Shown: positions 10,170-21,199 of the stretch, piece by piece | Position numbering within the stretch: position 1 is the first letter of the stretch | How the letters are laid out: each line of letters starts with the position of its first letter | Source: an uncultured Verrucomicrobiae bacterium | GTDB lineage: Bacteria; Verrucomicrobiota; Verrucomicrobiia; Limisphaerales; Palsa-1400 | Reading direction: 5' to 3' | Assembly (NCBI GenBank): GCA_963764165.1 | Contig: CAVXRD010000001.1 | Coordinates: 256,001 to 320,000 of the forward strand | DNA length: 64,000 nucleotides | Made by a program: the position numbers and the translations under genes | The notes under the pieces: generated by a model | The model's input: only the letters and a program-made list of their open reading frames with translations | Told to the model about the DNA's origin: nothing | Databases searched by the model: none

Positions 10170-10625
10170 ATGGCAGACAATATTCCCACTCCTGGAGGCG
10201 CAGTTCCGCCGAAGCCGGCCGAGGCCGCTAAGGTTCAACCGAAAAAGGAAACTGTCCGCATCAATTTGCCCCCGAAACCAACGTCGGCCCCGACGATCAA
10301 GCTGCCGACGCTGGCTCCCGGCGCTCCGCCGCCCAGCGCTGCGCCCGTTGCGGTGCCCGCCGCGCCGCGCCCTGTAGCCGCCGCTCCTGTCGCCGCGGTG
10401 GCCGCGGCCCCAGCGGCTGCCGCCCCACGCGTGGCCAGCGCCGCGCCCGCCAGTTCCGCCAAACCGGCTCCGGCTGCCGCTGCCCCGCGCCCCGTGGCCG
10501 CGCCCGTCGTCCGTGGCGTGAGTGGATTGGATATTGGCTTGGGCATCGCCGCCTGCGTTTGCAGCCTCGCCGCGCTGGGAAGCGTGATTTATCTGGTGTG
10601 GATTTTGAAGGATACCACCGCTTAA
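10170..10625 (+). CDS. Pro/Ala-rich protein with C-terminal membrane anchor
   Basis: KKETVRINLP segment, low-complexity linker and one C-terminal TM helix. Confidence 0.75.
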   Translation: MADNIPTPGGAVPPKPAEAAKVQPKKETVRINLPPKPTSAPTIKLPTLAPGAPPPSAAPVAVPAAPRPVAAAPVAAVAAAPAAAAPRVASAAPASSAKPAPAAAAPRPVAAPVVRGVSGLDIGLGIAACVCSLAALGSVIYLVWILKDTTA

Positions 10626-10684
10626 GCTGGAACTGAGCGGCACGGGATTTGCCATTTTATTAACCAACAAACCAACAACGTTAT

Positions 10685-11014
10685 ATGACCGCGGAAAATA
10701 CTCTTAAGCTGACCCAGGCGAACTTCGCCGAGCAAGTCCTCAACGTGCCCGGTCCTGTCGTGGTGGATTTTTGGGCTGAATGGTGCGGGCCCTGCAAAAT
10801 GATCGCGCCGCTGGTGGAGGAAATCTCCGGCGAATACGACGGCCGCGTCCGCGTTGGCAAAGTCAATATCGATGAGGAGCAGGCGCTGGCCACGCAATAC
10901 GGCGTGCGCGCCATCCCGACGCTGCTGATTTTCAAGGCCGGCGAAGTCGAGGGCCAGATCGTCGGAATGTGCTCAAAGCGCGACCTCAAAGCGAGCATCG
11001 ACCGCCTGCTCTGA
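10685..11014 (+). CDS. trxA: Thioredoxin
   Basis: [11 protein letters not shown] and IPT motifs; 109 aa. Confidence 0.97.
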   Translation: MTAENTLKLTQANFAEQVLNVPGPVVVDFWAEWCGPCKMIAPLVEEISGEYDGRVRVGKVNIDEEQALATQYGVRAIPTLLIFKAGEVEGQIVGMCSKRDLKASIDRLL

Positions 11015-11056
11015 GCCACTTCCGGTTTTGCCGGGAGCCAGGCTTGGCGGGATGCT

Positions 11057-12055
11057 ATGCCGCAGATTAATACCCCTCGCACGTTAGAGCGCAGGGGCGA
11101 GCTTTTTCGTCAAATAGGCACCTTTCTGGCGGCGGGCATGACGATCAGGCAGGGGCTCGAGCATCTCAAGCGCAATCCTCCCAGCTATGCGCTGCGCCAG
11201 AAAATTTCCCAGTGGCTGGAATACCTTGAGAGGGGACTGACCGTCACCGACTCCGTCCGCGCGCTCGGTTCGTGGACGTCCGATTTTGATCTCGCATTGA
11301 TTGAAGCCGGGGAGAAAAGCGGACGGCTTGATGCCGCTTTTAAGATGCTCGCGCTGCATTACGAGGAACAGGCGCGGCTGATCAAACAAATCATCTCGGA
11401 TTTGCTATACCCGCTGTTTGTTTTTCATTTCGCGATTGTGCTGTTTCCGTTCATCAGCTTTCTGCAAACGGGCAATGTGTTTAAGTTCGTTACCTCTGTC
11501 TTGCTGGTGCTTGGGCCATTGTATGTGGCGGTTTACTGTCTGATTTTGGCCTGCCAGGGCCGGCATGGCGAAGCTTGGCGGGCGCGGCTGGAAGACATTC
11601 TGCGAATCGTGCCCGTTCTCGGCACGGCGCGAAAGGACCTCGCCATCGCGCGATTGTCGAGCGCGCTGGAAGCCTTGCTGAATGCGGGCGTGCCGATTGT
11701 TGGCGCATGGGAACTGGCTGCCACCGCCAGCGGATCGCCCGCGCTCAAACGCATTGTCCAAACGTGGCGGCCGCGCATCGACAATGGCTTCACTCCGGCG
11801 GGATTGATTTCCGAATCGCCGGAATTTCCCACCGTCTTTCACAATCTTTACCACACCGGCGAAATCAGCGGGCAGCTTGACCAGGTGTTGAAGCGGCTGC
11901 ACGAGATGTACCTCGAAGAAGGCACCCGCCGGATGCGGCTTGTTTCGCGCTGGGGCCCGCAAATTCTCTATTTCGGCGTGGCGATTTATGTTGGATTCAA
12001 AGTAATTTCCTACTACATCGGTTACTTCAACATGATCGATCAAATCTCCAAGTAA
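11057..12055 (+). CDS. Type II secretion system F / PilC family protein
   Basis: Two T2SSF repeats (AGEKSGRLD; TGEISGQLD) and LYP followed by a TM helix. Confidence 0.9.
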   Translation: MPQINTPRTLERRGELFRQIGTFLAAGMTIRQGLEHLKRNPPSYALRQKISQWLEYLERGLTVTDSVRALGSWTSDFDLALIEAGEKSGRLDAAFKMLALHYEEQARLIKQIISDLLYPLFVFHFAIVLFPFISFLQTGNVFKFVTSVLLVLGPLYVAVYCLILACQGRHGEAWRARLEDILRIVPVLGTARKDLAIARLSSALEALLNAGVPIVGAWELAATASGSPALKRIVQTWRPRIDNGFTPAGLISESPEFPTVFHNLYHTGEISGQLDQVLKRLHEMYLEEGTRRMRLVSRWGPQILYFGVAIYVGFKVISYYIGYFNMIDQISK

Positions 12056-12075
12056 TCTCGTTTATTCTATTTGAC

Positions 12076-13242
12076 ATGACGGTTTCCGAAATCCTCACCA
12101 ACGAAGAATTGCGCCGGCACGAATTTCCCGTGGCCGGCGAACGAATTTTCATGGCCCATGCCGCCGTCTGCCCCCTGCCCCGGCGGGTGGCGCACGCCGT
12201 TTCCCAGCACTGCGAGGGCGCGATGCTTGACGATCAGGAGGGGCTGAATCCGGCGGCCCCGCTCAAGCGCGCCCGCGAAGCCGCCGCCCGACTCATCCAC
12301 GCCAAGCCCGAGGAAATCGCGCTGGTCGGACCGACGTCGCTGGCGCTGAGTTTCATCGCCGCCGGATTGCCGTGGCGCAAGGGCGATAACATGCTCGTCT
12401 ATTTCGACGATTATCCCTCGAATGTTTATCCGTGGATGGCATTGGCGGAGCGCGGCGTGCAGGTGCGTTTTCTCAACATTCGCGATTACGGGCGCATCCG
12501 CACAGTGGACGTTCTCGGGCAGGTGGATGAGCAGACGAAATTGGTGGCGCTGGCGTCGAACCATTTCATTTCCGGCTGGCGCACAGAAATCGACGCCATT
12601 GGAAAACAATTGCGCGAGCGGAATATCTTGTTTTGCGTGGACGCCATTCAAACGCTGGGCGCCTTTCCGACCACGGTTGAAAACGTCGATTTCCTGGCCG
12701 CCGACGCGCACAAATGGATGCTCGGCCCGTGCGGCGCGGGAATCATGTATGTCCGGCAATCGATCCAGGAGAAGTTGCGCCCCATCGTGCATGGCTGGCA
12801 CAACGTGCGCTGCCCCGACTTTGTTTCGCAGGAGCGCCTCGAATTTCAACGTGACGCGCGCCGCTACGAAGCCGGCTCAGCCAGCCTCGTGGGCGTGGCC
12901 GGTCTGACCGCGTGCATGGAATTGCTACTGGAAGTCGGCGTGGAAAACATCGCCGCCGAATTGCTGCGCAAACGCGCGCTCCTCGTGCCAGCACTGCGCG
13001 CCCAAGGCTGGACAATCCTGCACGGCGACTCCCCCGCCGCCAACCAAAGTGGCATCCTTAGTCTTTACAAACAAGACGCGAGCATGGTGGAAATCCGCCA
13101 GAAGCTTCTAGTGGAGAAAATCCAAACCTCACTGCGAACCGACCGCGAAAATCGGCAATACCTCCGGCTGTCTCCGCATTTCTATAACACGGATGCCGAG
13201 TTGCATCGGTTCTTGGATACTCTGGAGAAGACAAAGGGATAG
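12076..13242 (+). CDS. Class V PLP-dependent aminotransferase-fold enzyme
   Basis: VDAIQ, AHKWMLGP, RRYEAGS and RLSPHFYNT motifs. Confidence 0.9.
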   Translation: MTVSEILTNEELRRHEFPVAGERIFMAHAAVCPLPRRVAHAVSQHCEGAMLDDQEGLNPAAPLKRAREAAARLIHAKPEEIALVGPTSLALSFIAAGLPWRKGDNMLVYFDDYPSNVYPWMALAERGVQVRFLNIRDYGRIRTVDVLGQVDEQTKLVALASNHFISGWRTEIDAIGKQLRERNILFCVDAIQTLGAFPTTVENVDFLAADAHKWMLGPCGAGIMYVRQSIQEKLRPIVHGWHNVRCPDFVSQERLEFQRDARRYEAGSASLVGVAGLTACMELLLEVGVENIAAELLRKRALLVPALRAQGWTILHGDSPAANQSGILSLYKQDASMVEIRQKLLVEKIQTSLRTDRENRQYLRLSPHFYNTDAELHRFLDTLEKTKG

Positions 13243-13264
13243 CGCCTGTCGGCAGGCACATTTC

Positions 13265-13510
13265 TCATCTCGGCCGGCCGCTGGGTCGATCATCGCCGTA
13301 ATCTCCACCCTTCGCGTCAAAAATTCCCCATTCTTGCCTTTGATCAGGCGGGAAAGGCGAGGTGTAAGTCGGATTCATCTGCTTCCATTGCCAATCCGAT
13401 TCTGCCCGCTCATTCGCGCAACCACCGCAGATGCATCCGCCCAAAACGGCACCAAGTGCGAAATATAGCCACGCAAGTCTCGTTGAAAAGATGCTATGTA
13501 TGCGGCGCAT
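13265..13510 (-). CDS. Small putative lipoprotein
   Basis: Basic N-terminus, hydrophobic stretch and GGC lipobox-like site. Confidence 0.45.
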   Translation of the reverse strand: MRRIHSIFSTRLAWLYFALGAVLGGCICGGCANERAESDWQWKQMNPTYTSPFPPDQRQEWGIFDAKGGDYGDDRPSGRPR

Positions 13511-13632
13511 TCAAGAAAAATGCTTCCATCCGCAAGCCTTGTCAAATGATTTGAGAAACAGCCCATCGGATTTGCATTACTCATGATATGGGTGGATAGA
13601 TAGGCCAGGCAAACGGCAACGCAAGACGACAT

Positions 13633-13815
13633 ATGAAAGCATTTGCACTCCAGTATCCGCCGTGCCCCAAATGCCGCGCGCAAGCCACGCGCTTTGATTG
13701 GGGACTCGCTTCAAATTATTGGCGTGTTCCCATCGCGCTGGTTACGGGCTTCCTGTTGGTTCCTGTCGGAAGTGCGGGCCTTGTGTGCAATCGTTGCGGG
13801 AAAAAGTTTCATTAG
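13633..13815 (+). CDS. Small Zn-ribbon membrane protein
   Basis: CPKC ... hydrophobic segment ... CNRCGKKF; 60 aa. Confidence 0.55.
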   Translation: MKAFALQYPPCPKCRAQATRFDWGLASNYWRVPIALVTGFLLVPVGSAGLVCNRCGKKFH

Positions 13816-13859
13816 CCCTGTGAATGTGGGTCGGCGATGCAGTAGGAAAGTGAGTATGT

Positions 13860-14372
13860 TCACGGCCTAAGCATCATTCCGTTGTCAAAAGCCGTCCGGA
13901 AAACTCTCACTAGAAAAGGCTGCGCGAATTCATTCAATTGCCTTCGATGCAATTCATATTCCTCGTCCCAGAAAAAGTCCTCGCACGGCTCCTGCGTGCT
14001 TCTAATTTCGAGTTTCGCGAGAAGATGGCCTTTCGGCTTGTCGTTGGGACTGCCCTCGTAGCTGAGATGATACGCGGAAAGTCTTGCGCTGATCTTCAAG
14101 TATGGAAAGACGAGATGCTCCGCTGAATCGGAGTGCATCGGCGATTGGGCTTTGGCTTCTATCTCCACGCAAAACAGGATTTCGTAACCATGGTAGCAAA
14201 CTTTCATGGTTCCCTTTGACGATCCGTCTTTTAGCTCGATAAAGCACTGATTGAATTCCGACGACGCGATCGCTTTCCTTAATTCCGAGATGGCTTGCGC
14301 TCCGAAATCCGCGACGCGTTGCACTCTCCGGTTGCGGTCCAATACGAGTTTATTCTGTTCTTCGAATGTCAT
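13860..14372 (-). CDS. Hypothetical protein
   Basis: 170-aa ORF with protein-like composition and no recognised motif. Confidence 0.5.
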   Translation of the reverse strand: MTFEEQNKLVLDRNRRVQRVADFGAQAISELRKAIASSEFNQCFIELKDGSSKGTMKVCYHGYEILFCVEIEAKAQSPMHSDSAEHLVFPYLKISARLSAYHLSYEGSPNDKPKGHLLAKLEIRSTQEPCEDFFWDEEYELHRRQLNEFAQPFLVRVFRTAFDNGMMLRP

Positions 14373-14454
14373 AAGAATGATCCCACCAGTTTCATCGCGT
14401 GCGGCATGTTAAGCCCGATTGCGTTCCGATCAACTCACTTTTCCGCCGCAGAAC

Positions 14455-14532
14455 GTAGAGATGCCTCGCCCAGACTTCCGCCTGCGCGTGAATGACGCTT
14501 CACCGCGGACGCCTCGGCAAGGTGTCCCTACC
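14455..14532. repeat. Degenerate GTAG-type REP doublet
   Basis: gtagagatgcctcgcc ... ggacgcctcggcaaggtgtccctacc. Confidence 0.7.
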
Positions 14533-14582
14533 ATTAATGACGTTTATACAAATCCGAATGCGCCCGGTGTCTCTACTGATGG

Positions 14583-16064
14583 ATGGCAGATGCAATAGCG
14601 GCAAATGAAGGAGAATTGGACTCTGTGGCGGAGGACCTGCCAATTCTTTCGCCATTCTATCGACGGGTCGATTGGTGGACGTTTTCAGCAACGGCCCTTG
14701 TGGCGGTCATGGTCTATTTGCTGACGCTTGCGCCCGAGGTAACGTTGGAACAATCGGGACAGTACGTTACCGCTTCCATGTGGGCGGCTGTGCCGAATCC
14801 ACCCGGGCATCCGTTCTGGACCATTGTGACGTGGTTTTTCGTGAAGCTTATTCCGTTCTCCAATGCCGCCTATCGCGTTGCCCTGGCTTCCGCGGTGGCC
14901 TCGGCGCTGGCTTGCGGCATCGTTGCGATGATGGTGTCGCGCGGAAGCTCCTTGATGATCGAGTCGGCGGAGGATTTCAAAGGCATTGATCCGCGGCGTC
15001 TCAGTGCAATTTGCTCTGTGTCGGGTGTCAGCGCGGGGCTTATGATGGGCTTCACCGGTGTTATTTGGAGCCAGGCGGTGGTCGTGCAGACATACGCCCT
15101 GAGTGTGTTGCTTCTGGCATCGGCACTGGCACTGACGCTGCGTTGGATTTACTCACCGCAAAGGCGGCGGTATATCTATTTGACTGCGATGCTTTTCGGA
15201 CTCTGCATCACAAGCCATCAATTGATGATTGTCGCCATGGGGCTTGAGGTGGCGATTATCGCCGGCGACCTCAAATTGGGCCGGGATATTCTGGGATTTA
15301 ATTGCCTTTGCTGGTTCGCAGGCGCCTGCGATAAATGGAGTCATCTTATCGGTATTTTTGATGGAACCAACCCCTTCCTCTCCGTCCTATTTCACATGAT
15401 TGGCGGACTATCGCTTCTAGGATTTGCCGCGTTGATTTTCATAACGCGCGGCTTTTTCACTGAGTGGAAATCTGTTCTGATCATGGTGGCACTGTGGTTC
15501 GCGGGAGCGGCGTTCTATTTCTATCCAGCGCTGGCATCGATGACGAATCCGCCGATTAATTGGGGCTATCCGCGCACGGTGCAGGGCTTTTGGCACGTCC
15601 TCATGCGCGGGCAATATGACAGGATGAATCCCATCGATTTTATTCACGAACCGGCCGCCCTGCTTCAGGCGTGTCATCAGTATCTGGGTTGGCTTGCAAG
15701 CGAGTTTCCTGCGGTTTGCCTCCCGGCGGCCCTTGGTCCGTTTTTATTTTTGCCCAAGATGCGAAAGCGCGAGCGAGGTTGGTTGATTGGGCTGGGCAGC
15801 GTGTTTTTTTGTTTGTCCGTGCTGACGTTGGATTTGCTCCGCCCCTCGCGCGACCGCCAGACCGATTCGCTTGTGCAGCCATTCTTCGGTCCATCCTACG
15901 CCCTTGTCGCGCTGTTGATGGGCTGCGGGTTTGCCTTGGCGGCGGCGTGGATGGAATCGCGACCGGCAGGCAACAGCCCGCGTCAAACAGCCCCTGACAA
16001 TCCACCGCCAATCCATTCACTGCCGCACAACCCACCGGTTATCCGTCCATCGGCATTTCACTGA
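14583..16064 (+). CDS. DUF2723 / TMEM260-like membrane glycosyltransferase homolog
   Basis: YLLTLAPEVTLEQSGQ, VPNPPGHP, WSQAVV..Y and NPPINWG motifs; multi-pass TM. Confidence 0.85.
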   Translation: MADAIAANEGELDSVAEDLPILSPFYRRVDWWTFSATALVAVMVYLLTLAPEVTLEQSGQYVTASMWAAVPNPPGHPFWTIVTWFFVKLIPFSNAAYRVALASAVASALACGIVAMMVSRGSSLMIESAEDFKGIDPRRLSAICSVSGVSAGLMMGFTGVIWSQAVVVQTYALSVLLLASALALTLRWIYSPQRRRYIYLTAMLFGLCITSHQLMIVAMGLEVAIIAGDLKLGRDILGFNCLCWFAGACDKWSHLIGIFDGTNPFLSVLFHMIGGLSLLGFAALIFITRGFFTEWKSVLIMVALWFAGAAFYFYPALASMTNPPINWGYPRTVQGFWHVLMRGQYDRMNPIDFIHEPAALLQACHQYLGWLASEFPAVCLPAALGPFLFLPKMRKRERGWLIGLGSVFFCLSVLTLDLLRPSRDRQTDSLVQPFFGPSYALVALLMGCGFALAAAWMESRPAGNSPRQTAPDNPPPIHSLPHNPPVIRPSAFH

Positions 16065-17846
16065 GGCCCCATTTGTCAATACTACTGTATCGCCGGTCGA
16101 ATATCTCAGGGAGGACAGGCCAATTGTCACCGGAACCGCTTGCATGTTCGTCACTCCCATGACTGCGCCGGCAGGAATTTGCCACGGATGCGAGTCGTCC
16201 AACACCCAGGTGGAATTTGTCCGCGAGGCGCTGATGAATTGCCGCAAGCCCCAGGCATAGCTGATCGAATTGCTCCTGCCGTCGTAATCGAAATAATTGT
16301 GCGGCGGAAACTGGTTGGAGGGATCGTCCAGGTAAAATTGCCCGCGCAGAAGCGTGCTGTTCAATCCGTCGCGCATGTTATCAGCCACGTTGTTCTTGAA
16401 TAGGACGTTTGTCCCCCAGCCGTAGCCGTAAGCAAATCCGCTCCCGCCGGAAACCGCCATGCGGGAGGTGTTATTGCTGATGGTGGCGTTGTAAAGCGCG
16501 TTCTTTCCGGTGCCCTCCACCTGGAGCAAGTAATAAACATTGGAGGAAATATTATCCGCGATGTTGATGTTCTTGTTGGCCGCAGTGCCCTGGTAACCCG
16601 CCGTTCCTATGGCAATCGCCGTTCCCGATCCATTGCCGACGAAACTATTGCTGATGATGTCCACATTCTGGGCGGGTGAGATTTGAATGCCATTCCCGCT
16701 GTTCATCATGTGGAAGACGTTGTTCCGAATCGTGTACTCAGGGTTTGGGCTTCCTGTCTCGGCGCCATTCAACGCATAAAGCGCCTGCACGATGTTCGTC
16801 GCGAAATTATTGCTGAACGCCGACGGCAAGGAAGCATAAGCCTCGTAGAACTCGGCGATTTGCACGAGGTTCGAAAATTGGCAATAAGAGATTGTGTGGG
16901 GAAAGGTCAGATTGAATGCTGTGGCGTTGCCGTTGAAAAAAGAGCAATGAGTGATGAGCGCATAGCCGTTGCCATTGGCGTTGATGCTCTTGAGCATTTC
17001 GCCGCGCCAATTCTTGACAATGCAATTGGTGAAAACGAGCGGGCAAAACTTGCCGTCGCCCGTGATGATGACGGCGTCATGCGTTTCGTCCCAGCCGGTG
17101 CCGTCTTTGGTCGAAGCTGGGAAATAAAGGTGGGCGCTCAATCCCGGCCTCGCGCCGCCATCCATGGTCAGCGACTCAAAAACCAAAGGCTCCGAGGGTG
17201 TGGAAATCGGGCCGTGAATGTCAAACATAAATCCCCGATAGGCAAACCGGCCCTTGAGCTGCCACGCGCCGCAGCCGGAGAGAATCGTGGAGCCGTCCGG
17301 CGCGCCAATAAGGCGGATCCCTCCTCGCTTGAAGGTAACAGCCGGATGCGTAACACCTTCGTTGGCCATTTTGAAATTGGCCGCCGCCTCCGGGGAAATC
17401 AGCAGAAAATTGCCGCCCGGGATTCGAATCGTCGTGTCTTTGCCACGGGCGGCGTCAATGCAGTGCTGGAAGGCGCTTGCGTTGTTATGCCCGCAGATCG
17501 CCAAGAGACCCGAACCGTCAGCCCCGCACGCCTGCGACAGCACGGCATTCGTTCCGTCGAGGCGAACGATTGCGGCGACGAGATCGGAATGGTTCGTGGG
17601 CGAAGTGCGGGGGCCCCCGCCAAAAATCTCGACCCATTTTCCAATGTCAGCGCTGGAGAAGGCGCGCCCTGCCCGGCTCACGATGGGAGAATTGCGGGTG
17701 GTGCTAACACCCATTTCAGCAGCATCGCCAACGGCTCCGTAATCGGCCATGGAAAGAACTGTTTGCGCGGAAAGGGTGTGATTCAACGCCGCGCAAACAA
17801 AGGCCATCAAAACCCAAAATCGCCCGTTGCTCGTGTGGTGTTTCAC
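16017..17846 (-). CDS. Secreted right-handed beta-helix (pectin-lyase-like) protein
   Basis: Signal peptide, DYGAVGD and AFQHCID motifs, Asn-rich repeats. Confidence 0.8.
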   Translation of the reverse strand: MKHHTSNGRFWVLMAFVCAALNHTLSAQTVLSMADYGAVGDAAEMGVSTTRNSPIVSRAGRAFSSADIGKWVEIFGGGPRTSPTNHSDLVAAIVRLDGTNAVLSQACGADGSGLLAICGHNNASAFQHCIDAARGKDTTIRIPGGNFLLISPEAAANFKMANEGVTHPAVTFKRGGIRLIGAPDGSTILSGCGAWQLKGRFAYRGFMFDIHGPISTPSEPLVFESLTMDGGARPGLSAHLYFPASTKDGTGWDETHDAVIITGDGKFCPLVFTNCIVKNWRGEMLKSINANGNGYALITHCSFFNGNATAFNLTFPHTISYCQFSNLVQIAEFYEAYASLPSAFSNNFATNIVQALYALNGAETGSPNPEYTIRNNVFHMMNSGNGIQISPAQNVDIISNSFVGNGSGTAIAIGTAGYQGTAANKNINIADNISSNVYYLLQVEGTGKNALYNATISNNTSRMAVSGGSGFAYGYGWGTNVLFKNNVADNMRDGLNSTLLRGQFYLDDPSNQFPPHNYFDYDGRSNSISYAWGLRQFISASRTNSTWVLDDSHPWQIPAGAVMGVTNMQAVPVTIGLSSLRYSTGDTVVLTNGASVKCRWTDNRWVVRQ

Positions 17847-17912
17847 AAATTCGTTGGATTGTTGCGCTCAAACCGCCCCACGGCAAGGCAGGACACGAGC
17901 AAGACTTGAAAA

Positions 17913-18010
17913 TTAAACAGGAGGAAAACCGAGAGCGCAGAGAAGAATGTCATTTTTCCAAAGATAATTTTTCCCATCTCCGCGCCCTCGGTCTTCCTCC
18001 TGTTCAAAAT
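17913..18010. repeat. Intergenic inverted repeat (AACAGGAG type)
   Basis: aacaggaggaaaaccgagagcgcagaga ... tctccgcgccctcggtcttcctcctgtt. A similar element lies at about 48055-48146. Confidence 0.65.
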
Positions 18011-18099
18011 TTTTTGTTTCAAAATGAGCCAATTGCCCCCTCTTGCCATTTGCTCAATGTCGAATAAAATGGCGCTCCAATTCGTCAATAATCCGCCCA

Positions 18100-21000
18100 A
18101 TGTCGATGCGCAAGCCAGGCTTTATCCGAATCGGGAAATTCGTTTCCCGCGCACTGTTGGCTGCTTCCTGCGTCTCAGCGGGCGCCGCCGAATTGCCCCC
18201 CGCCGCGGCCACCAACGTGGATTTCGTCCGCGATGTCCAGCCGATTCTCGGCGAAAATTGCTACGGCTGCCACGGGCCGCGCAAACACGAGTCCGAACTT
18301 CGCTGGGACAACAAGCAAATCGCCATGCGCGGGGGCGATCTCGGCCCTGACATTATTCCCGGGCGCAGCGCGGACAGCCGGATGATCCGATCCGTCGCCG
18401 GTTTGATCCCGGATCTTGTCATGCCCAAATCCAGCGAACGGCTGAACGGCAAACAAATTGGAATTTTGCGGGCCTGGATCGACCAGGGTGCGGTGTGGCC
18501 GGACAGCGCATCCGTCAAGGTCGCCGATCCGCGCGAACATTGGGCTTTCAAAGCGCCCGTCAAACCGCCGCTCCCTTCCGTCAAATCGAAAAAATGGGCG
18601 CGCAATCCGGTTGATGAGTTTATTCTCGCGAAGCTTCAAGCCGAGAAATTGCGCCCGTCGCCGATGGCAGACCGCCCCACGCTTCTTCGCCGTCTGAGCC
18701 TCGATTTGACGGGATTGCCGCCGACCATTGAGGAGGTCGACGATTTCGTGGCCGACCGCTCGCCGAATGCGTATTCCAAACAAGTCGAGCGCCTGCTGGC
18801 CTCGCCGCATTTTGGCGAATGCTGGGCGCGGCATTGGCTGGACGTGGCGCGTTACGCGGATTCCAACGGCTACGAAAAGGATCTTGCGCGCACCATCTGG
18901 CCATATCGCGATTGGGTCATCGACGCCTTCAACCGCAATCTTCCTTACGACCAATTCGCCATCGATCAAGTCGCGGGCGACATGCTGCCCGATGCCACCA
19001 TCGAGGACAAAGTGGCGACCGGTTTTTTTCGGAACTCGATGCTGAACGAGGAAGGCGGCATTGACCCGGAGGAATTTCGCAACGCCGCGATCATCGAGCG
19101 GATGGATGTTTTGGGGAAGGCGTTTTTAGGTTTGACGCTGAATTGCTGCCAGTGCCACAACCACAAATACGACCCGATTTCGCAAAAGGAGTATTACCAA
19201 TTCTTCGCCTTCCTTAACAACGACGACGAGCCGGAGATGGAGGTTCCCGACAAATCCGCGCAGGCAAAACAGGCGGAAATTAAAAAGAACATCGCCAGAA
19301 TGGAAGACGAACTGCTCGCCAAATATGACGATGTGCCGAAGAAAATGGAAGCGTGGGAAAAGGAAATGAAGGCGGCGGCGGGCGACTGGACGGTGCTCGA
19401 ACCGGAAGCATTCTATGCCAGCGTGGGAACAAAATTCACCAAGCTGGAAGACCATTCGCTGCTGGCCACCGGCTCCAATCCCGGCGTTTCAGAATACACG
19501 GTCACCGCGCGCACAGCGTTGAAAGGCATCACGGGTTTTCGGCTGGAGGCGCTGGCGGATCCGAATCTGCCGGCCTACGGGCCGGGACGCGCCGGCAACG
19601 GGAATTTCGTCTTGTCAGAGTTTATTGTCCAGGCCGGGCCGGTTATCCCCGGCGCGACGAATACAGCGACGAACACCATCACGCTGACGAATGCAACCGC
19701 TGATTATTTTCAAGCCAGCTTCCCACCCTCCGCCGCGATTGATGGAATCATCACGAACAAAACCGGCTGGGCCGTCGACGACTTGCCGGGCCGCCGCAAT
19801 CGAAGCCACCAGGCGGTCTTCGAGGCGAAAAACCCCGTGAATTACGACAGCGGAACAATCTTGAAATTTACGCTCAATCACAGTTTCGGCGATGTCCATA
19901 CGCTCGGCCGGTTCCGCATTTCGGCAACGACTTCGCCGCAGCCGCTGCGGGCGGACCCGCTGAGCCGCCATGCGCGGGAGATTCTCGGGGTGCCACATGA
20001 TCAACGGACGGCAGCGCAGCAGCGCGAGTTGTTCAGTTTCTACCGGGCCACGGATTCGCGGATGGCCGACGTCAATAAGAAGATCGACGAGGAGCAGGCC
20101 AAGTGGCCCTCGGCCCCGAGCAGTTTGGTTTTGGTGGCGCGGGAGCATCCGCGCCAGTCGCACATTTTCATCCGGGGCGATTGGCAGAAAGAAGGCGCGC
20201 CAGTGAAACCGGGCGTGCCTGCCGTCCTGCCCCCGCTCCCTGCCGACGCGCCCCTGAACCGGCTGACGCTCGCGCGCTGGCTGGTTGACAAAAGGAACCC
20301 CACTGTGGCGCGGGTCATGGTCAATCGCCTCTGGCAGGAAATTTTTGGGCGCGGATTGGTGGCGACTTCCGAGGATTTCGGAACGCAATGCGACAAGCCC
20401 ACCCATCCGGAATTGCTGGATTGGCTTGCCTGCGAGTTCATGGACAGCGGCTGGGATGTCAAACATATCATTCGCCTGATGGTCGAATCGGCCACCTACC
20501 AGCAGTCGTCCGTGGTGGCGCCGGAAATGGTGGAGCGCGATCCCGACGACCGGCTGCTGGAGCGCGGCCCGCGCGTGCGGGTGGACGCGGAAATTATTCG
20601 CGACATCGCGCTGAGCGCGGGCGGATTGCTGCAGGAAAAACTTGGCGGGCCGCCCGTTTATCCGCCTATTCCCGAGGGCGTCATGAGCCTTGGCTACGGC
20701 GCGCCGATGGCTTGGGAAACGAAAGCGCACGACCGTTACCGCCGGGCGATCTACACTTTTGTCAAGCGTTCCGTGCCGTATCCTTCGCTGAACGTTTTCG
20801 ACGGGCCGACGGGCGAAAGCGCCTGCCCGCGCCGGACTCGATCCAACACCCCGTTGCAGGCCCTCACGACGCTGGATGATCCGGTCTTTGTGGAGGCCGC
20901 CCAGGCGCTGGCTTTGCGCGTTTGGAAAAACGGCGGCCATAACGATCACGACCGCATCAATTACGCCTTCGAGCTTTGCACGGGACGCAAGCCGAACGCT

Positions 21001-21195
21001 TCCGAGGCGGCGACGATTTCCTCGCTGTTGATCGAGGAGCAGGACTTCTTCGCGGATCGAACAGCGCGCGCGGTGCAGGTGGCGGTGCAAGACGTGAAAA
21101 ATCTGCCGGAGGATGTGAATCTCGAAAAGGTGGCCGCCTGGACGATGGTGGCGCGGGTGTTGCTAAATTTGGACGAAACCATTACCAAGGAATGA
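18100..21195 (+). CDS. Planctomycete cytochrome c + DUF1549 + DUF1553 protein
   Basis: [45 protein letters not shown] and [11 protein letters not shown] motifs. Confidence 0.95.
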   Translation: MSMRKPGFIRIGKFVSRALLAASCVSAGAAELPPAAATNVDFVRDVQPILGENCYGCHGPRKHESELRWDNKQIAMRGGDLGPDIIPGRSADSRMIRSVAGLIPDLVMPKSSERLNGKQIGILRAWIDQGAVWPDSASVKVADPREHWAFKAPVKPPLPSVKSKKWARNPVDEFILAKLQAEKLRPSPMADRPTLLRRLSLDLTGLPPTIEEVDDFVADRSPNAYSKQVERLLASPHFGECWARHWLDVARYADSNGYEKDLARTIWPYRDWVIDAFNRNLPYDQFAIDQVAGDMLPDATIEDKVATGFFRNSMLNEEGGIDPEEFRNAAIIERMDVLGKAFLGLTLNCCQCHNHKYDPISQKEYYQFFAFLNNDDEPEMEVPDKSAQAKQAEIKKNIARMEDELLAKYDDVPKKMEAWEKEMKAAAGDWTVLEPEAFYASVGTKFTKLEDHSLLATGSNPGVSEYTVTARTALKGITGFRLEALADPNLPAYGPGRAGNGNFVLSEFIVQAGPVIPGATNTATNTITLTNATADYFQASFPPSAAIDGIITNKTGWAVDDLPGRRNRSHQAVFEAKNPVNYDSGTILKFTLNHSFGDVHTLGRFRISATTSPQPLRADPLSRHAREILGVPHDQRTAAQQRELFSFYRATDSRMADVNKKIDEEQAKWPSAPSSLVLVAREHPRQSHIFIRGDWQKEGAPVKPGVPAVLPPLPADAPLNRLTLARWLVDKRNPTVARVMVNRLWQEIFGRGLVATSEDFGTQCDKPTHPELLDWLACEFMDSGWDVKHIIRLMVESATYQQSSVVAPEMVERDPDDRLLERGPRVRVDAEIIRDIALSAGGLLQEKLGGPPVYPPIPEGVMSLGYGAPMAWETKAHDRYRRAIYTFVKRSVPYPSLNVFDGPTGESACPRRTRSNTPLQALTTLDDPVFVEAAQALALRVWKNGGHNDHDRINYAFELCTGRKPNASEAATISSLLIEEQDFFADRTARAVQVAVQDVKNLPEDVNLEKVAAWTMVARVLLNLDETITKE

Positions 21196-21199
21196 TCCA

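Noticed and set aside
12076..13242. Cysteine desulfurase (SufS/IscS)
   Set aside because: The C-terminal catalytic Cys loop (RxGxHC or SxCxS) is absent.
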